DNA of 64,000 nucleotides from a bacterium (GTDB taxonomy: Bacteria > UBA8248). This document shows, piece after piece, positions 26,334 through 35,159 of this stretch. The notes beneath the pieces were generated by a model. That model was given only the letters and a program-made list of their open reading frames with translations. It was not told the origin of the DNA and made no database searches. The stretch's first letter is position 1. Each line of letters opens with the position of its first letter. The translations under genes and the position numbers were made by a program. Where the stretch lies: the NCBI GenBank assembly GCA_965219955.1, contig OZ244799.1:764828-828827 (forward strand), in the 5' to 3' direction.

Positions 26334-26708
26334 ATGATCTTTCAGAAGTGGGACGACATTCCCAGGATGCGCATCATCCACGAGAACATCCCGCCCGAGA
26401 GCGTCATCGAACTCCAGATGATCGTGGGCGAGAAGCAGACGCTCGCGCTCTGGACGTTCTCGGAAGGCTCCGAGGTCGCCGCTCACAAACACCCCCACGA
26501 GCAGATGTCCTTCATCCAGCGCGGGCGTTTTCTGTTCCGTGTGGAGGGGGAGGAGGAGCGCGAGGTGGGCGCGGGGGAGGTGGTGGTGTGCAAGTCGAAC
26601 GTCGAGCACTGGCTGAAAGCGCTCGAGGACGGCTCCCAGGACCTCCAGATCTTCAGTCCCCGGCGCGATGATCTGCTGGAGTTCCGCGGGGCGTATATTC
26701 CGGTGTGA
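26334..26708 (+). CDS. cupin domain protein
   Basis: AAAGGAGGGAGCC precedes the ATG. HKHPHEQMSFIQRGRF...GEVVVCKSNVEH fits the two cupin motifs. Confidence 0.8.
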   Translation: MIFQKWDDIPRMRIIHENIPPESVIELQMIVGEKQTLALWTFSEGSEVAAHKHPHEQMSFIQRGRFLFRVEGEEEREVGAGEVVVCKSNVEHWLKALEDGSQDLQIFSPRRDDLLEFRGAYIPV

Positions 26709-26744
26709 TGTCAAACGCGATTGATGAATGAGGGTTTGCTGACC

Positions 26745-26945
26745 GAGTAGGGAGGGATTGCTCTTAATCGGCGGGAACAGGTTTTTTCACTCCCCCCTTG
26801 AGGGGGAGTCGACGAGGTAAGGGTGTAAGCCCGCAAGCGAGTCGGTGGGGGGAGTTTTTTCGGTGGCATGTCCCCCCACCGCATCAGCCTTCGCACAAAC
26901 CGCTCGGCTTCTGCGACTCCCCCTCAAGGGGGGAGTGAATTTCGG
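26745..26945. repeat. intergenic palindromic repeat block R5
   Basis: cactccccccttgagggggagtcg (26788-26811) and cgactccccctcaaggggggagtg (26914-26937). The internal ccccccaccg..tcagccttcgca.aaaccgctcggcttc is shared with 31380-31435. Confidence 0.85.
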
Positions 26946-27002
26946 ATACTCGATGTTTGCGTTGCGCAACAAATCCAGACGCGCAAAGGCCCGTTGGTGC
27001 TC

Positions 27003-27953
27003 CTACGAACCGCCCTCGAAATCGAAATAATCCTCATCAAGACGCTTTATCTCGATGGTTGTTTTCTCTCGAACGCCGACCCCGTTTTCCACCATAAGCC
27101 GGGCCAGTTGTTCGCCGTCTATCAGGATGATGCGTTTTGAGGAATTGCGGGCGACCACTTGTGCCGCCTGGTTGAATTTTGCAGTGGTAACGAACACTCC
27201 CTTGTTCACTCCCTCGGCGTCAATTGCTCCCACGAAATTGCGAATGTCGCCACCGCCCACCACTTTTTGAGGATCGTATCTCTTCGCCTGGAGATAAACT
27301 TCATCGAGACCCAGCGCATCTTCCTTGATCTTTCCGTCAATACCCCCGTCTCCGGGTTTTCCGGTTACGCTCCCCATCTCCGGGTCTCCGCCACCGTATC
27401 CCATCTTGCCGAGCAGGTCGACGATGAGTCTTTCAAGAAAGGCTGGAGGGGCTTGATAGACACTCTCCAGCAAGTCAGCTTCCAGAGCGGTTTTGATTTC
27501 AAGCGCAGCTTGTTCCGCAATTTCTTCGGGTGTTCCTACTTTAATGTTTATATCCAGTTTGTGTTCTAAGTCTTCGACTTCTTTTTGTCTCGCTTCTTTT
27601 TTGGCAGCCAATTTTTTTTCCCATTCGATATAGACAGGAAGTGTTTTAAGGAATTTCCTGTCAATACGATCTGGTGGGTCGACTAGTAACTTTTCACCGT
27701 CCGGTGTGATGCGGCAAAAGCCACGTCGCGGCCTTACCAGCAACCCCGCTCCTTTGAGGTCGGCAGTCGCCCAATTCACTCGATTTGCGAAGATTAGGGT
27801 TTTACCGTTCGCAGATGTTTCTTGACGCTCCTCCGGCGTAATATCATGTTCTTTGGCCACAAAATCACGCACTTTGGATATATGGATTTCAGCGCCTCCG
27901 GAAAGCGCTTTGAGTGTCGCGAGCATGAGTGAATCTAAATCCGGTATCGCCAT
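27003..27953 (-). CDS. mrr: Mrr-family type IV restriction endonuclease (Mrr_N winged helix + Mrr catalytic domain)
   Basis: ATG at 27953 follows GAGGAGA. The N-terminal MAIPDLDSLMLATLKAL...NRVNWATADLKGAGLL is an Mrr_N-like wHTH. The C-terminal part is FERLIVDLLGKMGY...GDGGIDGKI...VYLQAKRY...FVTTAKF. The gene is markedly AT-richer than its neighbours. Confidence 0.85.
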   Translation of the reverse strand: MAIPDLDSLMLATLKALSGGAEIHISKVRDFVAKEHDITPEERQETSANGKTLIFANRVNWATADLKGAGLLVRPRRGFCRITPDGEKLLVDPPDRIDRKFLKTLPVYIEWEKKLAAKKEARQKEVEDLEHKLDINIKVGTPEEIAEQAALEIKTALEADLLESVYQAPPAFLERLIVDLLGKMGYGGGDPEMGSVTGKPGDGGIDGKIKEDALGLDEVYLQAKRYDPQKVVGGGDIRNFVGAIDAEGVNKGVFVTTAKFNQAAQVVARNSSKRIILIDGEQLARLMVENGVGVREKTTIEIKRLDEDYFDFEGGS

Positions 27954-28112
27954 GTTTCGTCTCCTCGTCGTTTTTGTTTCCATCGTTTATGAGACGGTGG
28001 GAGATGATTGTCAATTTGAATAGTTGTATCCTGCAACAACCAAAATATAGAAAGTCCACAGTGCGCGTGAATTGCGAATCACACCCCCGCGCTTTAGACG
28101 AGGGGACACCCC

Positions 28113-28877
28113 ATGCTCCGCCGAATAATCTTCATGGCTCTTGCGGTTTGCCTGTGCGCCACCCCCGCCTTCGCCGCGCCTCTCCACGATGCGGCGATAA
28201 AGGGCGACGCGGCTCGGATCAAAGCGCTGCTCAAGAACGGCGCGGACGCGGACGAGCGGGACCGCCTGGGCATGACGCCGCTTTTCTATGCGGCGATAAA
28301 AGGAGACGCGGCGGGTATCGAAGCCCTCGTCTCGGGCGGCGCGGACGCAAACGCGAGGGACAAGATCGGCAAGGCCCCGCTCGACTGGGCGGCGTTCCGG
28401 GGGCACGGGGCGGCGGTGGCGGCGCTGATTCGCGCCGGGGCCAAACCGGACGGGCGGGACAAGGCGGGCCTGACGGCGCTTCACGGCGCCGCGATGAAAG
28501 GGAGCGCGGCGGGGGTCCGCGCGCTGCTGAAAGGCGGCGCGGACGTGAACGCGGCGGGCGCCAAAGGGCTTACGCCGCTTCACGTGGCGGCGGGAAACGG
28601 GCGGGCGCAAGTGGCGAAGATTCTCCTCAAAGGCGGCGCAAAACTCGAGGCCAGAGACGCAAAGCACTGGAAGACCCCGCTGCACTGGGCGGTTTTTGGA
28701 GGAAGTGCGGAGGCCGCACGGGCGCTGATCGATGCGGGCGCCGACGTAAACGCGAAAGACGGCCGCAGCCAGACCCCCCTGAGAGCGGCCCGGTTCCGCC
28801 TCAAGGCGCCAGGCTCGAACAAGGAGCCGTTCCAGAAGGTGATCGAGGTGCTGAAGGCCCACGGCGCGCATGAATGA
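28113..28877 (+). CDS. secreted ankyrin-repeat protein
   Basis: Signal peptide MLRRIIFMALAVCLCATPAFA. About six ANK units (G.TPLH.AA..G......LL..GAD.NA.D). Confidence 0.9.
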   Translation: MLRRIIFMALAVCLCATPAFAAPLHDAAIKGDAARIKALLKNGADADERDRLGMTPLFYAAIKGDAAGIEALVSGGADANARDKIGKAPLDWAAFRGHGAAVAALIRAGAKPDGRDKAGLTALHGAAMKGSAAGVRALLKGGADVNAAGAKGLTPLHVAAGNGRAQVAKILLKGGAKLEARDAKHWKTPLHWAVFGGSAEAARALIDAGADVNAKDGRSQTPLRAARFRLKAPGSNKEPFQKVIEVLKAHGAHE

Positions 28878-28908
28878 TGGCCCGATTCCTGGACGCGGAG
28901 GACACTCC

Positions 28909-29007
28909 ATGCTCCACCGCTTGACCTTTATCGCTCTCATCGCCTGCCTCTACGCCTCCCCAACCCTCGTCGACTCGCTTCACGACGCGGCGGGAGCGCG
29001 GCGTTAA
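28909..29007 (+). pseudogene. truncated duplicate of the ankyrin gene 5' end (RBS + signal peptide + first ANK residues)
   Basis: MLHRLTFIALIACLYASPTLVDSLHDAAGARR* parallels MLRRIIFMALAVCLCATPAFAAPLHDAAIKGD. The upstream gaggacactccATG parallels gaggggacaccccATG. Confidence 0.6.
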
Positions 29008-29136
29008 AAAAGTTGCTTTTTCGACGGCAGACTCTTAACATTCCAGGCGAATCCACGGACTCTAAGACGGCGATGGGCGCGACACCTTTTCGCCGGAGCC
29101 TTTCAAGTCAAGAATATCGAGAGAAGGAGGCGAGCA

Positions 29137-30111
29137 ATGCCCAGAAATGCTCGAATCGCGGCGCTCGCGACGGCCCTGTCGATCGCCGTGGCGCTGTCCG
29201 GCTGCGGCGGGGGAGGAGGCGGCGCCCGCATGGAACCGCCGCCTCCCGCGTCCGGCGGGGGGCCGATGCGCGGCCCGCGCCTGGAGTCGTCCGACCTGTC
29301 GCCGATCATCGGAGCGGAAGCCGACTTCGGCCCGGAGGTTACCGAAGCACTGGCCCGCGCGGCGCGGGCGGTCCCGGAGGGCGCCTCTCAATCCTCTTCG
29401 GTCGAGAACGGGCGGACGGCCGACGAGATGTCGGTGAGCGTGGTTCGCGACGACGACGGGAACCTGGCGTACGAGGTGACGGACGGCGCCCGCATCATGG
29501 CGCGCGTGCCCGGACCGCCGGATCAGGACATCCGCCTCGCCCTGTTCACCGACCTGATACCGGGCATCGAGCCGGACCTGTCGAGCTACCCGCACGACCT
29601 GCTCGGCGTGTGGGCGACGGCGGAGGAGGTCGGCGCGTTCTGGAGCCGGAGCCCGGAGATACCGGCGGCGGCTTTCGACGCCACGTCCCCGACCGGCACG
29701 GCCACCTACGAGGGCGACGCGATTGGTCTTCACGCCGCCGGCGGCGGGGTGGTGAAATTCCTGGCCGACGTGGAGATGACCGCCGATTTCGACGCCCGCA
29801 CGGTGGGGGGCGCGGTGGAGAATTTCCGCTCGGTCGATGGAGAGCCGATCGGCGGCTGGTCCGTGACCCTCGGCGCGGCGGATTTTTCGCCGCAAGGCGA
29901 GTCGTTCGGGGGAGATACGGAGGCCGCCGTCCCGGGCGGCGGCAAGTGGGGCGCGCGCTGGTCCGACGGCAAGGGCTGGACGATGGGCGGGACGTTCGGC
30001 TTCGCCGCGGCCGACGGGAGCGTCTCGCTCCTGGGCGCATTCAGCGCCGCCGTCGAGCCTGAGGCGGCGCCCGGCAATCCCGACGACCCCGTATCGGGCG
30101 GCTCCCCGTAA
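29137..30111 (+). CDS. predicted lipoprotein, TbpB/fHbp-like C-terminal barrel signature (paralog 4, unlinked)
   Basis: Lipobox VALSGC followed by GGGGGG. TGTATYEGDAIGLHA...ADVEMTADFDARTVGGAVENF...FGGDTE...GKWGARW...MGGTFGF...LLGAFSA. Confidence 0.7.
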   Translation: MPRNARIAALATALSIAVALSGCGGGGGGARMEPPPPASGGGPMRGPRLESSDLSPIIGAEADFGPEVTEALARAARAVPEGASQSSSVENGRTADEMSVSVVRDDDGNLAYEVTDGARIMARVPGPPDQDIRLALFTDLIPGIEPDLSSYPHDLLGVWATAEEVGAFWSRSPEIPAAAFDATSPTGTATYEGDAIGLHAAGGGVVKFLADVEMTADFDARTVGGAVENFRSVDGEPIGGWSVTLGAADFSPQGESFGGDTEAAVPGGGKWGARWSDGKGWTMGGTFGFAAADGSVSLLGAFSAAVEPEAAPGNPDDPVSGGSP

Positions 30112-30189
30112 TCCCGGCGGCATCCGGGGCGCGCCGATTCATCCGGATGAGGGCGGTTCTTCTCCCGCATGGGCCGAGGCCGCCCGCCC

Positions 30190-30270
30190 CGCCGTCATTC
30201 CGATGACGGAGCCGGTCTCGATGGGGGGGGTGGTTTTCAGGGCGAGGGAGAGGCCGCGACCTGTCCCTGC
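30190..30270. repeat. short repeat block R6
   Basis: Hairpin ccgtcattccgatgacgg plus ggggggtggttttcagggcgagggag, shared with 3021-3050. Confidence 0.7.
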
Positions 30271-30432
30271 AACTTCATCGGTCGGCAATAACCCTCAACC
30301 AACCCGCATTTTTCGTGGACTCGAACGCTCCTTGCGTTATACTGACGGGGAATTGCTCGAATCATTTCCGGGCGACGAGCCCATCAAGTATCGCTTGCAG
30401 GCTCTCCGATGGGAGCCGGAAAGGAGTCCCAA

Positions 30433-30870
30433 ATGAGCAGAGGAGTGTTTTATGGATTGTTCGCTTTCGTCATGGCGGCGTCTTTTGCATTAGCGGGATA
30501 CGCGCAGGCGGCCGAGAAGAAGGAGATGAAAGCGGGCGTCTGGTTCATCGAACCCAAGGACGGCGCGCAGGTGACGAGCCCCGTCAAGGTCGTGATGGGC
30601 ATGAAGGGCATGACCATCAAGGCCTCGGGCAAGGTGGTGAAGGGAACCGGGCATCACCACGTCCTCCTGAACCAGGGGCCCATGCGCAAGGGCAAGGTGA
30701 TCCCCACCGACAAAATCCACTTGCACTACGGCAAGGGACAGACGGAGGCCTCCATCAAGCTCGCGCCCGGCGATTACAAGCTCACGATGCAGTTCGCAGA
30801 CGGCCTGCACCGCTCCTTCGGGAAGAGGTGGGCGGCGACCATCTCGATCAAGGTGCTGCCGGGCAAGTAG
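30433..30870 (+). CDS. DUF4399-like secreted protein
   Basis: GGAAAGGAG RBS. Signal peptide ending AGYAQA. The GTGHHHVLLN and HLHYGKGQTE strings are as I recall them for DUF4399. Confidence 0.7.
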   Translation: MSRGVFYGLFAFVMAASFALAGYAQAAEKKEMKAGVWFIEPKDGAQVTSPVKVVMGMKGMTIKASGKVVKGTGHHHVLLNQGPMRKGKVIPTDKIHLHYGKGQTEASIKLAPGDYKLTMQFADGLHRSFGKRWAATISIKVLPGK

Positions 30871-30947
30871 GCTCGAGGAGGGCAGGGCGCGAATCGAGCC
30901 TCCCGCCCGGCGAGTAGAGCAGGCTTCCCCGGAGCGCCGGGGTGTGA

Positions 30948-31130
30948 GGCCCCTTCGTCGGCGCGAGTTTCGTCCATTACCTGAACGATTTTCTGGGCGA
31001 ATACACCGAGCGGGCCATTCTTGTAATCGGGCTGTTCTTCATCATCACGATACTGCTGGCGCCCAAAGGTATCGCCGGTTCTATTATCGAGGTGTGGCGG
31101 GTGCAGCCACAGGCCGGGAGCGAGGAGTAG
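30948..31130 (+). pseudogene. orphan 3' remnant of a LivM/LivH-type branched-chain amino acid ABC permease
   Basis: GPFVGASFVHYLNDFLGEYTERAILVIGLFFIITILLAPKGIAGSII... is a typical permease C-terminus. There is an in-frame TGA immediately upstream, no start codon and no upstream gene body. Confidence 0.55.
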
Positions 31131-31134
31131 AATC

Positions 31135-31975
31135 CTTCCAGAGCGGGGTTGTTGAAAAGGTCGGAGAAGGAAATTTTTTGTGTGTGTAGGGGTCGCATAT
31201 ATGCGACCCTGATTTTTTTGCCCACTACAAGGGCCGCATGTATGCGGCCCCTACACTCCTTTCGGCAAGGCGGAATCCTATTGCCGTCATTTCAGGACTT
31301 TTTCCATAACCTTCCTGAGCGGGGTTGTTGAGAAGGCCCTGGTTTCGCGATTCGGTGGGGGGGGATAATTCGGATGGCGAGAAAACGCATTTTGCCCCCC
31401 ACCGGGTCAGCCTTCGCAGAAACCGCTCGGCTTCATCGTCTGGCTTTCCCCTTGGGAAGCCAGACCCTCAAGGGGCCGTTGAAAAAGCCTCGATGAACGA
31501 GGGATGGCGAATTATGGCCGCGCTCGCCACGTATGGAAATTTCAACCGTAGGGGCGTCGAACTTCCCGAAGAGGGGAGTTCGACTGTGCCCGCCCGTATC
31601 GGGAATCTCCATGCCCGTAAGAGACCTCGGACAGGCACGGAGGCCTGTCCCTACGGCGAACAATCTCGAAGGTCGGGTCGGATAGGGGTTTTTCAACAAC
31701 CCCCTCAAGGGGCCGTTGAATAACCCTATCCGCCTCATCCTGAGTAGCGGCGAAGCCGCGTATCGAAGGTCAATCGCGCCCAATGCGGAAGCGATTGCTC
31801 CGCACGGCGCGATCCCCCTCGCCCTTCGATATGCCGCCTTCGGCGGCTACTCAGGGTGAGGGGGATCGGTCTGCCCCGATCGAAGTCGAGGGGCCGCTAC
31901 TCGGGGTGAGGCGGAGCGGCGGGTTGCACAGGACGAGGAGGGGATTGCGCCGCATACGGACTTCTTCAACAACCC
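31135..31975. repeat. intergenic mosaic palindromic repeat block R7
   Basis: 31475-31705 is the second copy of 8985-9210. Also tgtaggggtcgcatatatgcgaccc / ggccgcatgtatgcggcccctaca hairpins and ctcatcctgagtagcggc modules in both orientations. Confidence 0.9.
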
Positions 31976-32116
31976 CGTATCTGACCGGGTTCGTGCGGCG
32001 TTATTTCGTGAAAATGCGATTGATCCGGCTATCCGGGGCGGCGGGAAAAGTTGTATATTCAGTTATCCGAAAATTGAGGGATATGGAACCGGCTCTTTTC
32101 ATCAAAGGAGAATGGT

Positions 32117-33238
32117 ATGAAATGGAACCTGAAAACCTGTTTTCTCTGCATCCCTTTCGTCATGATCCTGGCTGCGGCGTTCGTTGCGCCCGCCTTCGCC
32201 ATGACCCCGATTTCGCCCCAGGAGAAAAAGCTGATTCCGCTCGCCAAGAAGGAAGGCGCCGTCACCTTCCTCCAGACCTCCTTCAATAACCCGACAATCC
32301 GGCGCCTGGGTGCTGCCTTCATCAAGCATTATGGCTTGGGAAGCGGCTTCAAGCTGAACTCCATCCAGAAGGGTACGGGGCCCACCGTGTCCCAGGCCCG
32401 GCAGGAGATACGGGCGAACAAGTTCAGCTTTGACGCCGTCGCCGTCGCATCGGCGGGCTTTTTCATCGGCGCCGCCAGGGCGGGGGCCTTTCTGCCCCTC
32501 GACAGCGGCCAGTTGAAGAACCACGAGGAAAACGCCAAGGCCCGCGGGATTTTCTATGACTATCCGCATTTCATCGCGCCTTTCTCCTACACCTTCCAGC
32601 CCGTCTGGAACTCGGGATGCCCCGGCGTAGGGGATTTGAAGGTCAACTCCTACAGCGACATCCTGGACAACCCCAAGCTGAAGGGGAAACTCATCGTCAG
32701 CGACGTCACCAAGAGCACCTCCTACTCCCTCACGACCATCGGCCTGATGGAGAACGGCTTCGACGTGCACGGGATGTGGAAGAAGATGAAGGCCCTCGAC
32801 CCGCTCGTGGGCTTCCGCACCTCGGCGAAGCTTCAGTTGATGGCGAACTGCGAAGGCGCCGTGGACATGTGGAACATCACCGGCCGGATGATGCAGATCA
32901 TCCGCAAGAAGCCGGACCTCGCCAAGGTCCTGCGGTGGGGCACCTACAAGGACGGCCATGTCCTCTTCGGCATGCAGGCGGGCGTCGTCAAGGGCGCGGC
33001 GAATCCCAACGCGGCGAAGCTGCTGATGGATTTCCTCCTGACGAAAGAGGCGGTGGACATCGTCGCCGAGGAGGAGATCAGCTTCTACTCGATGCTCAAG
33101 GGCTACAAGCCGCCCGCGTCCGTCAAGAAGTACATGATGGATTTCAATAAGGTGAAGACCCTTCCCATCAAGGATCAGACCGCTGCGGCGAAGAAGTTCA
33201 AGAAGATGCGCAAGGAGTGGCAGAAGGTATTCCGTTAA
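32117..33238 (+). CDS. ABC transporter substrate-binding protein (family 1, Fe(III)/polyamine-like)
   Basis: Signal peptide MKWNLKTCFLCIPFVMILAAAFVAPAFA. About 370 aa. Followed by a cognate fused permease. Confidence 0.8.
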   Translation: MKWNLKTCFLCIPFVMILAAAFVAPAFAMTPISPQEKKLIPLAKKEGAVTFLQTSFNNPTIRRLGAAFIKHYGLGSGFKLNSIQKGTGPTVSQARQEIRANKFSFDAVAVASAGFFIGAARAGAFLPLDSGQLKNHEENAKARGIFYDYPHFIAPFSYTFQPVWNSGCPGVGDLKVNSYSDILDNPKLKGKLIVSDVTKSTSYSLTTIGLMENGFDVHGMWKKMKALDPLVGFRTSAKLQLMANCEGAVDMWNITGRMMQIIRKKPDLAKVLRWGTYKDGHVLFGMQAGVVKGAANPNAAKLLMDFLLTKEAVDIVAEEEISFYSMLKGYKPPASVKKYMMDFNKVKTLPIKDQTAAAKKFKKMRKEWQKVFR

Positions 33239-33322
33239 TCGATTGCGGCATGCCCCAGGTTTCAAGCCGGGAGACGACTATCTCGTCTCCCGGCCTCGGA
33301 GCCGCTCGATTGAGGGGATATC

Positions 33323-35071
33323 ATGGCTGGCATATCCGGGTCTGAGGTAGTATCCCGGAACAACTTGGGCTACCTGCGAAACTTCTTTCAGGCAGAGAAT
33401 CTCGCCACCGCCATCGTCAGCATCTTCGTCACGTTCATCGTGGTGACGCCCCTGATCGCCCTGGTGGTGGGAAGTTTCCTCGTGCTGGACGATCTGGGAT
33501 TCGGCGCGGAGTGGGGCCTCGAGAACTACCGGGAGATGTTCGAAGATCCCGTCATCCGCAGATCGTTCTTCAACACCCTTTTCGTCAGTACGGGCGCCAC
33601 CCTGCTGGCCACCTTCCTGGGCGTCTCGCTCGCCTGGATCAACGCCCGGACGAATTGCCCCTTCCGCGACAATCTCGAGCCGATGAATCTCATCCCGTTC
33701 TTCTTAAGCCCTTTCGTCGGGGCGATCGCCTGGCACAACCTGGCCTCGCCCAAGGTCGGGATGCTGAACAATCTGGCGCGCGGACTGTTCGGTATAGAGG
33801 CCGCCCTCCTGAACGTGAACAACCTGTTCGGGATCATCTGGGTGACGGGGATTTTCTTTACGCCCCTCATCTACCTCTTCGTCGTGGGTTCGCTCAGGCG
33901 CATGGATCCCTCTCTCGAGGACAGCGCGCGCGTGAGCGGGGCGGGTCTGCTGCGCACCACCCTGACCGTCTCCTTGCCGCTCGTCGCACCGGGGATCCTT
34001 TCAGGCGCGATCATCGTTTTCGTCACGAGCGCGGGTGAATTCGGCGTGCCCTTCAAGCTGGGCGCGCCCTACGGCTATGAGACCCTGACCACCCAGATAT
34101 TCACCAAGGCCGTGAGCGAGCAGGCGAACACCTACATGGGCTCGGCCATGAGCATGACGCTCGGCGTCATCACGGCCATCTTCATTTGGGTGCAGCGGCG
34201 CATCATCGCCCCTCGTGAGTTCACGACCGTGACCGGAAAGGGTTTCCGGCCCAACCTCATCGACCTGGGCCGGTGGAAGTGGGCGGCCTTCAGCTACAAC
34301 GTCTTCTACATTTTCGTCACCGTCGTCCTGCCCATCTTCAGCATCCTCGTGGTGAGCCTCCACAACGTGTGGGTGGGCAAGATCATACCGGCGGATTTCA
34401 CTTCACTGAATTACGAGCGCATCCTCTTCTTCTGGTCGCCTAATGTGATCCAGCCGGCGACGAACGGCATCCTGAACAGCTTCATCCTCGCCATATCGGG
34501 CTCCACAATCGCGATGGTCCTGGCCATCATCCTTTCCTTCCAGATTCATCGCCGTAAGGGCAGGTTTGTCGGCCTGCTCGATTTCCTGTGCGCTGTCCCC
34601 GTGGGCTTCCCCGGCATCGTGCTCGGGATGGGGATACTCATCGTCTACATCAAGACGCCCATCTACGGCACCCTCTGGATACTCCTGCTCGGCTACGTCA
34701 CCCGGTTCTTCCCCTACGGGCAGCGGAACGTGGCCTCCGTCATGCTTGCCGTCTCGGAAGAACTCGAGCAGAGCTCCCGCCTCGTCGGGGCCTCCTGGGC
34801 GACGACGCTCAGGCGCATCACCATCCCGCTCCTCAAGCCGGGCATTTTCGCGGGCTGGCTCCTCATGTTCCTCATCTTCATCCGCGAGCTTTCCATCTCG
34901 ATCATCCTGTTCACCGCGGGCACGGAGACCCTATCCACCGGCATCTACTACCTCCAGGAGTACGAGACGGAGTCACTCACCTGCACCCTTTCCGTCATTC
35001 AGACTTTCGTCCTCCTTGCCTGTGTTCTCCTGTTCCGTAAGATAGTCGGCCGGGAGGCGCTCGTCGCCTGA
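33323..35071 (+). CDS. ABC transporter permease, fused two-domain (FbpB-like)
   Basis: 582 aa with two MetI-like halves of about six TM segments each, as in iron(III)-type ABC permeases. Confidence 0.85.
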   Translation: MAGISGSEVVSRNNLGYLRNFFQAENLATAIVSIFVTFIVVTPLIALVVGSFLVLDDLGFGAEWGLENYREMFEDPVIRRSFFNTLFVSTGATLLATFLGVSLAWINARTNCPFRDNLEPMNLIPFFLSPFVGAIAWHNLASPKVGMLNNLARGLFGIEAALLNVNNLFGIIWVTGIFFTPLIYLFVVGSLRRMDPSLEDSARVSGAGLLRTTLTVSLPLVAPGILSGAIIVFVTSAGEFGVPFKLGAPYGYETLTTQIFTKAVSEQANTYMGSAMSMTLGVITAIFIWVQRRIIAPREFTTVTGKGFRPNLIDLGRWKWAAFSYNVFYIFVTVVLPIFSILVVSLHNVWVGKIIPADFTSLNYERILFFWSPNVIQPATNGILNSFILAISGSTIAMVLAIILSFQIHRRKGRFVGLLDFLCAVPVGFPGIVLGMGILIVYIKTPIYGTLWILLLGYVTRFFPYGQRNVASVMLAVSEELEQSSRLVGASWATTLRRITIPLLKPGIFAGWLLMFLIFIRELSISIILFTAGTETLSTGIYYLQEYETESLTCTLSVIQTFVLLACVLLFRKIVGREALVA

Positions 35072-35159
35072 TTCGTTACTGTACGGCCCGATATCGTTCT
35101 TTCGACATTCCTTGATTCGGCGGTTTTCGCGTCAATGGAGCATATGAAGGAGGTTCGTC

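Noticed and set aside
25971-26714. A 247-aa minus-strand ORF spanning the cupin gene and the spacer upstream of it.
   Set aside because: It lies antisense to a cupin ORF that has a strong RBS and both cupin motifs. Its own translation has no motifs.
27929-30123. Long ORFs overlapping the ankyrin and paralog-4 genes (27929-28873 +, 28011-28940 -, 29013-30062 +, 29062-30123 -).
   Set aside because: The in-frame ANK repeats and the lipobox-plus-barrel motifs identify the real frames. The competitors are Arg/Gly-rich with no motifs.
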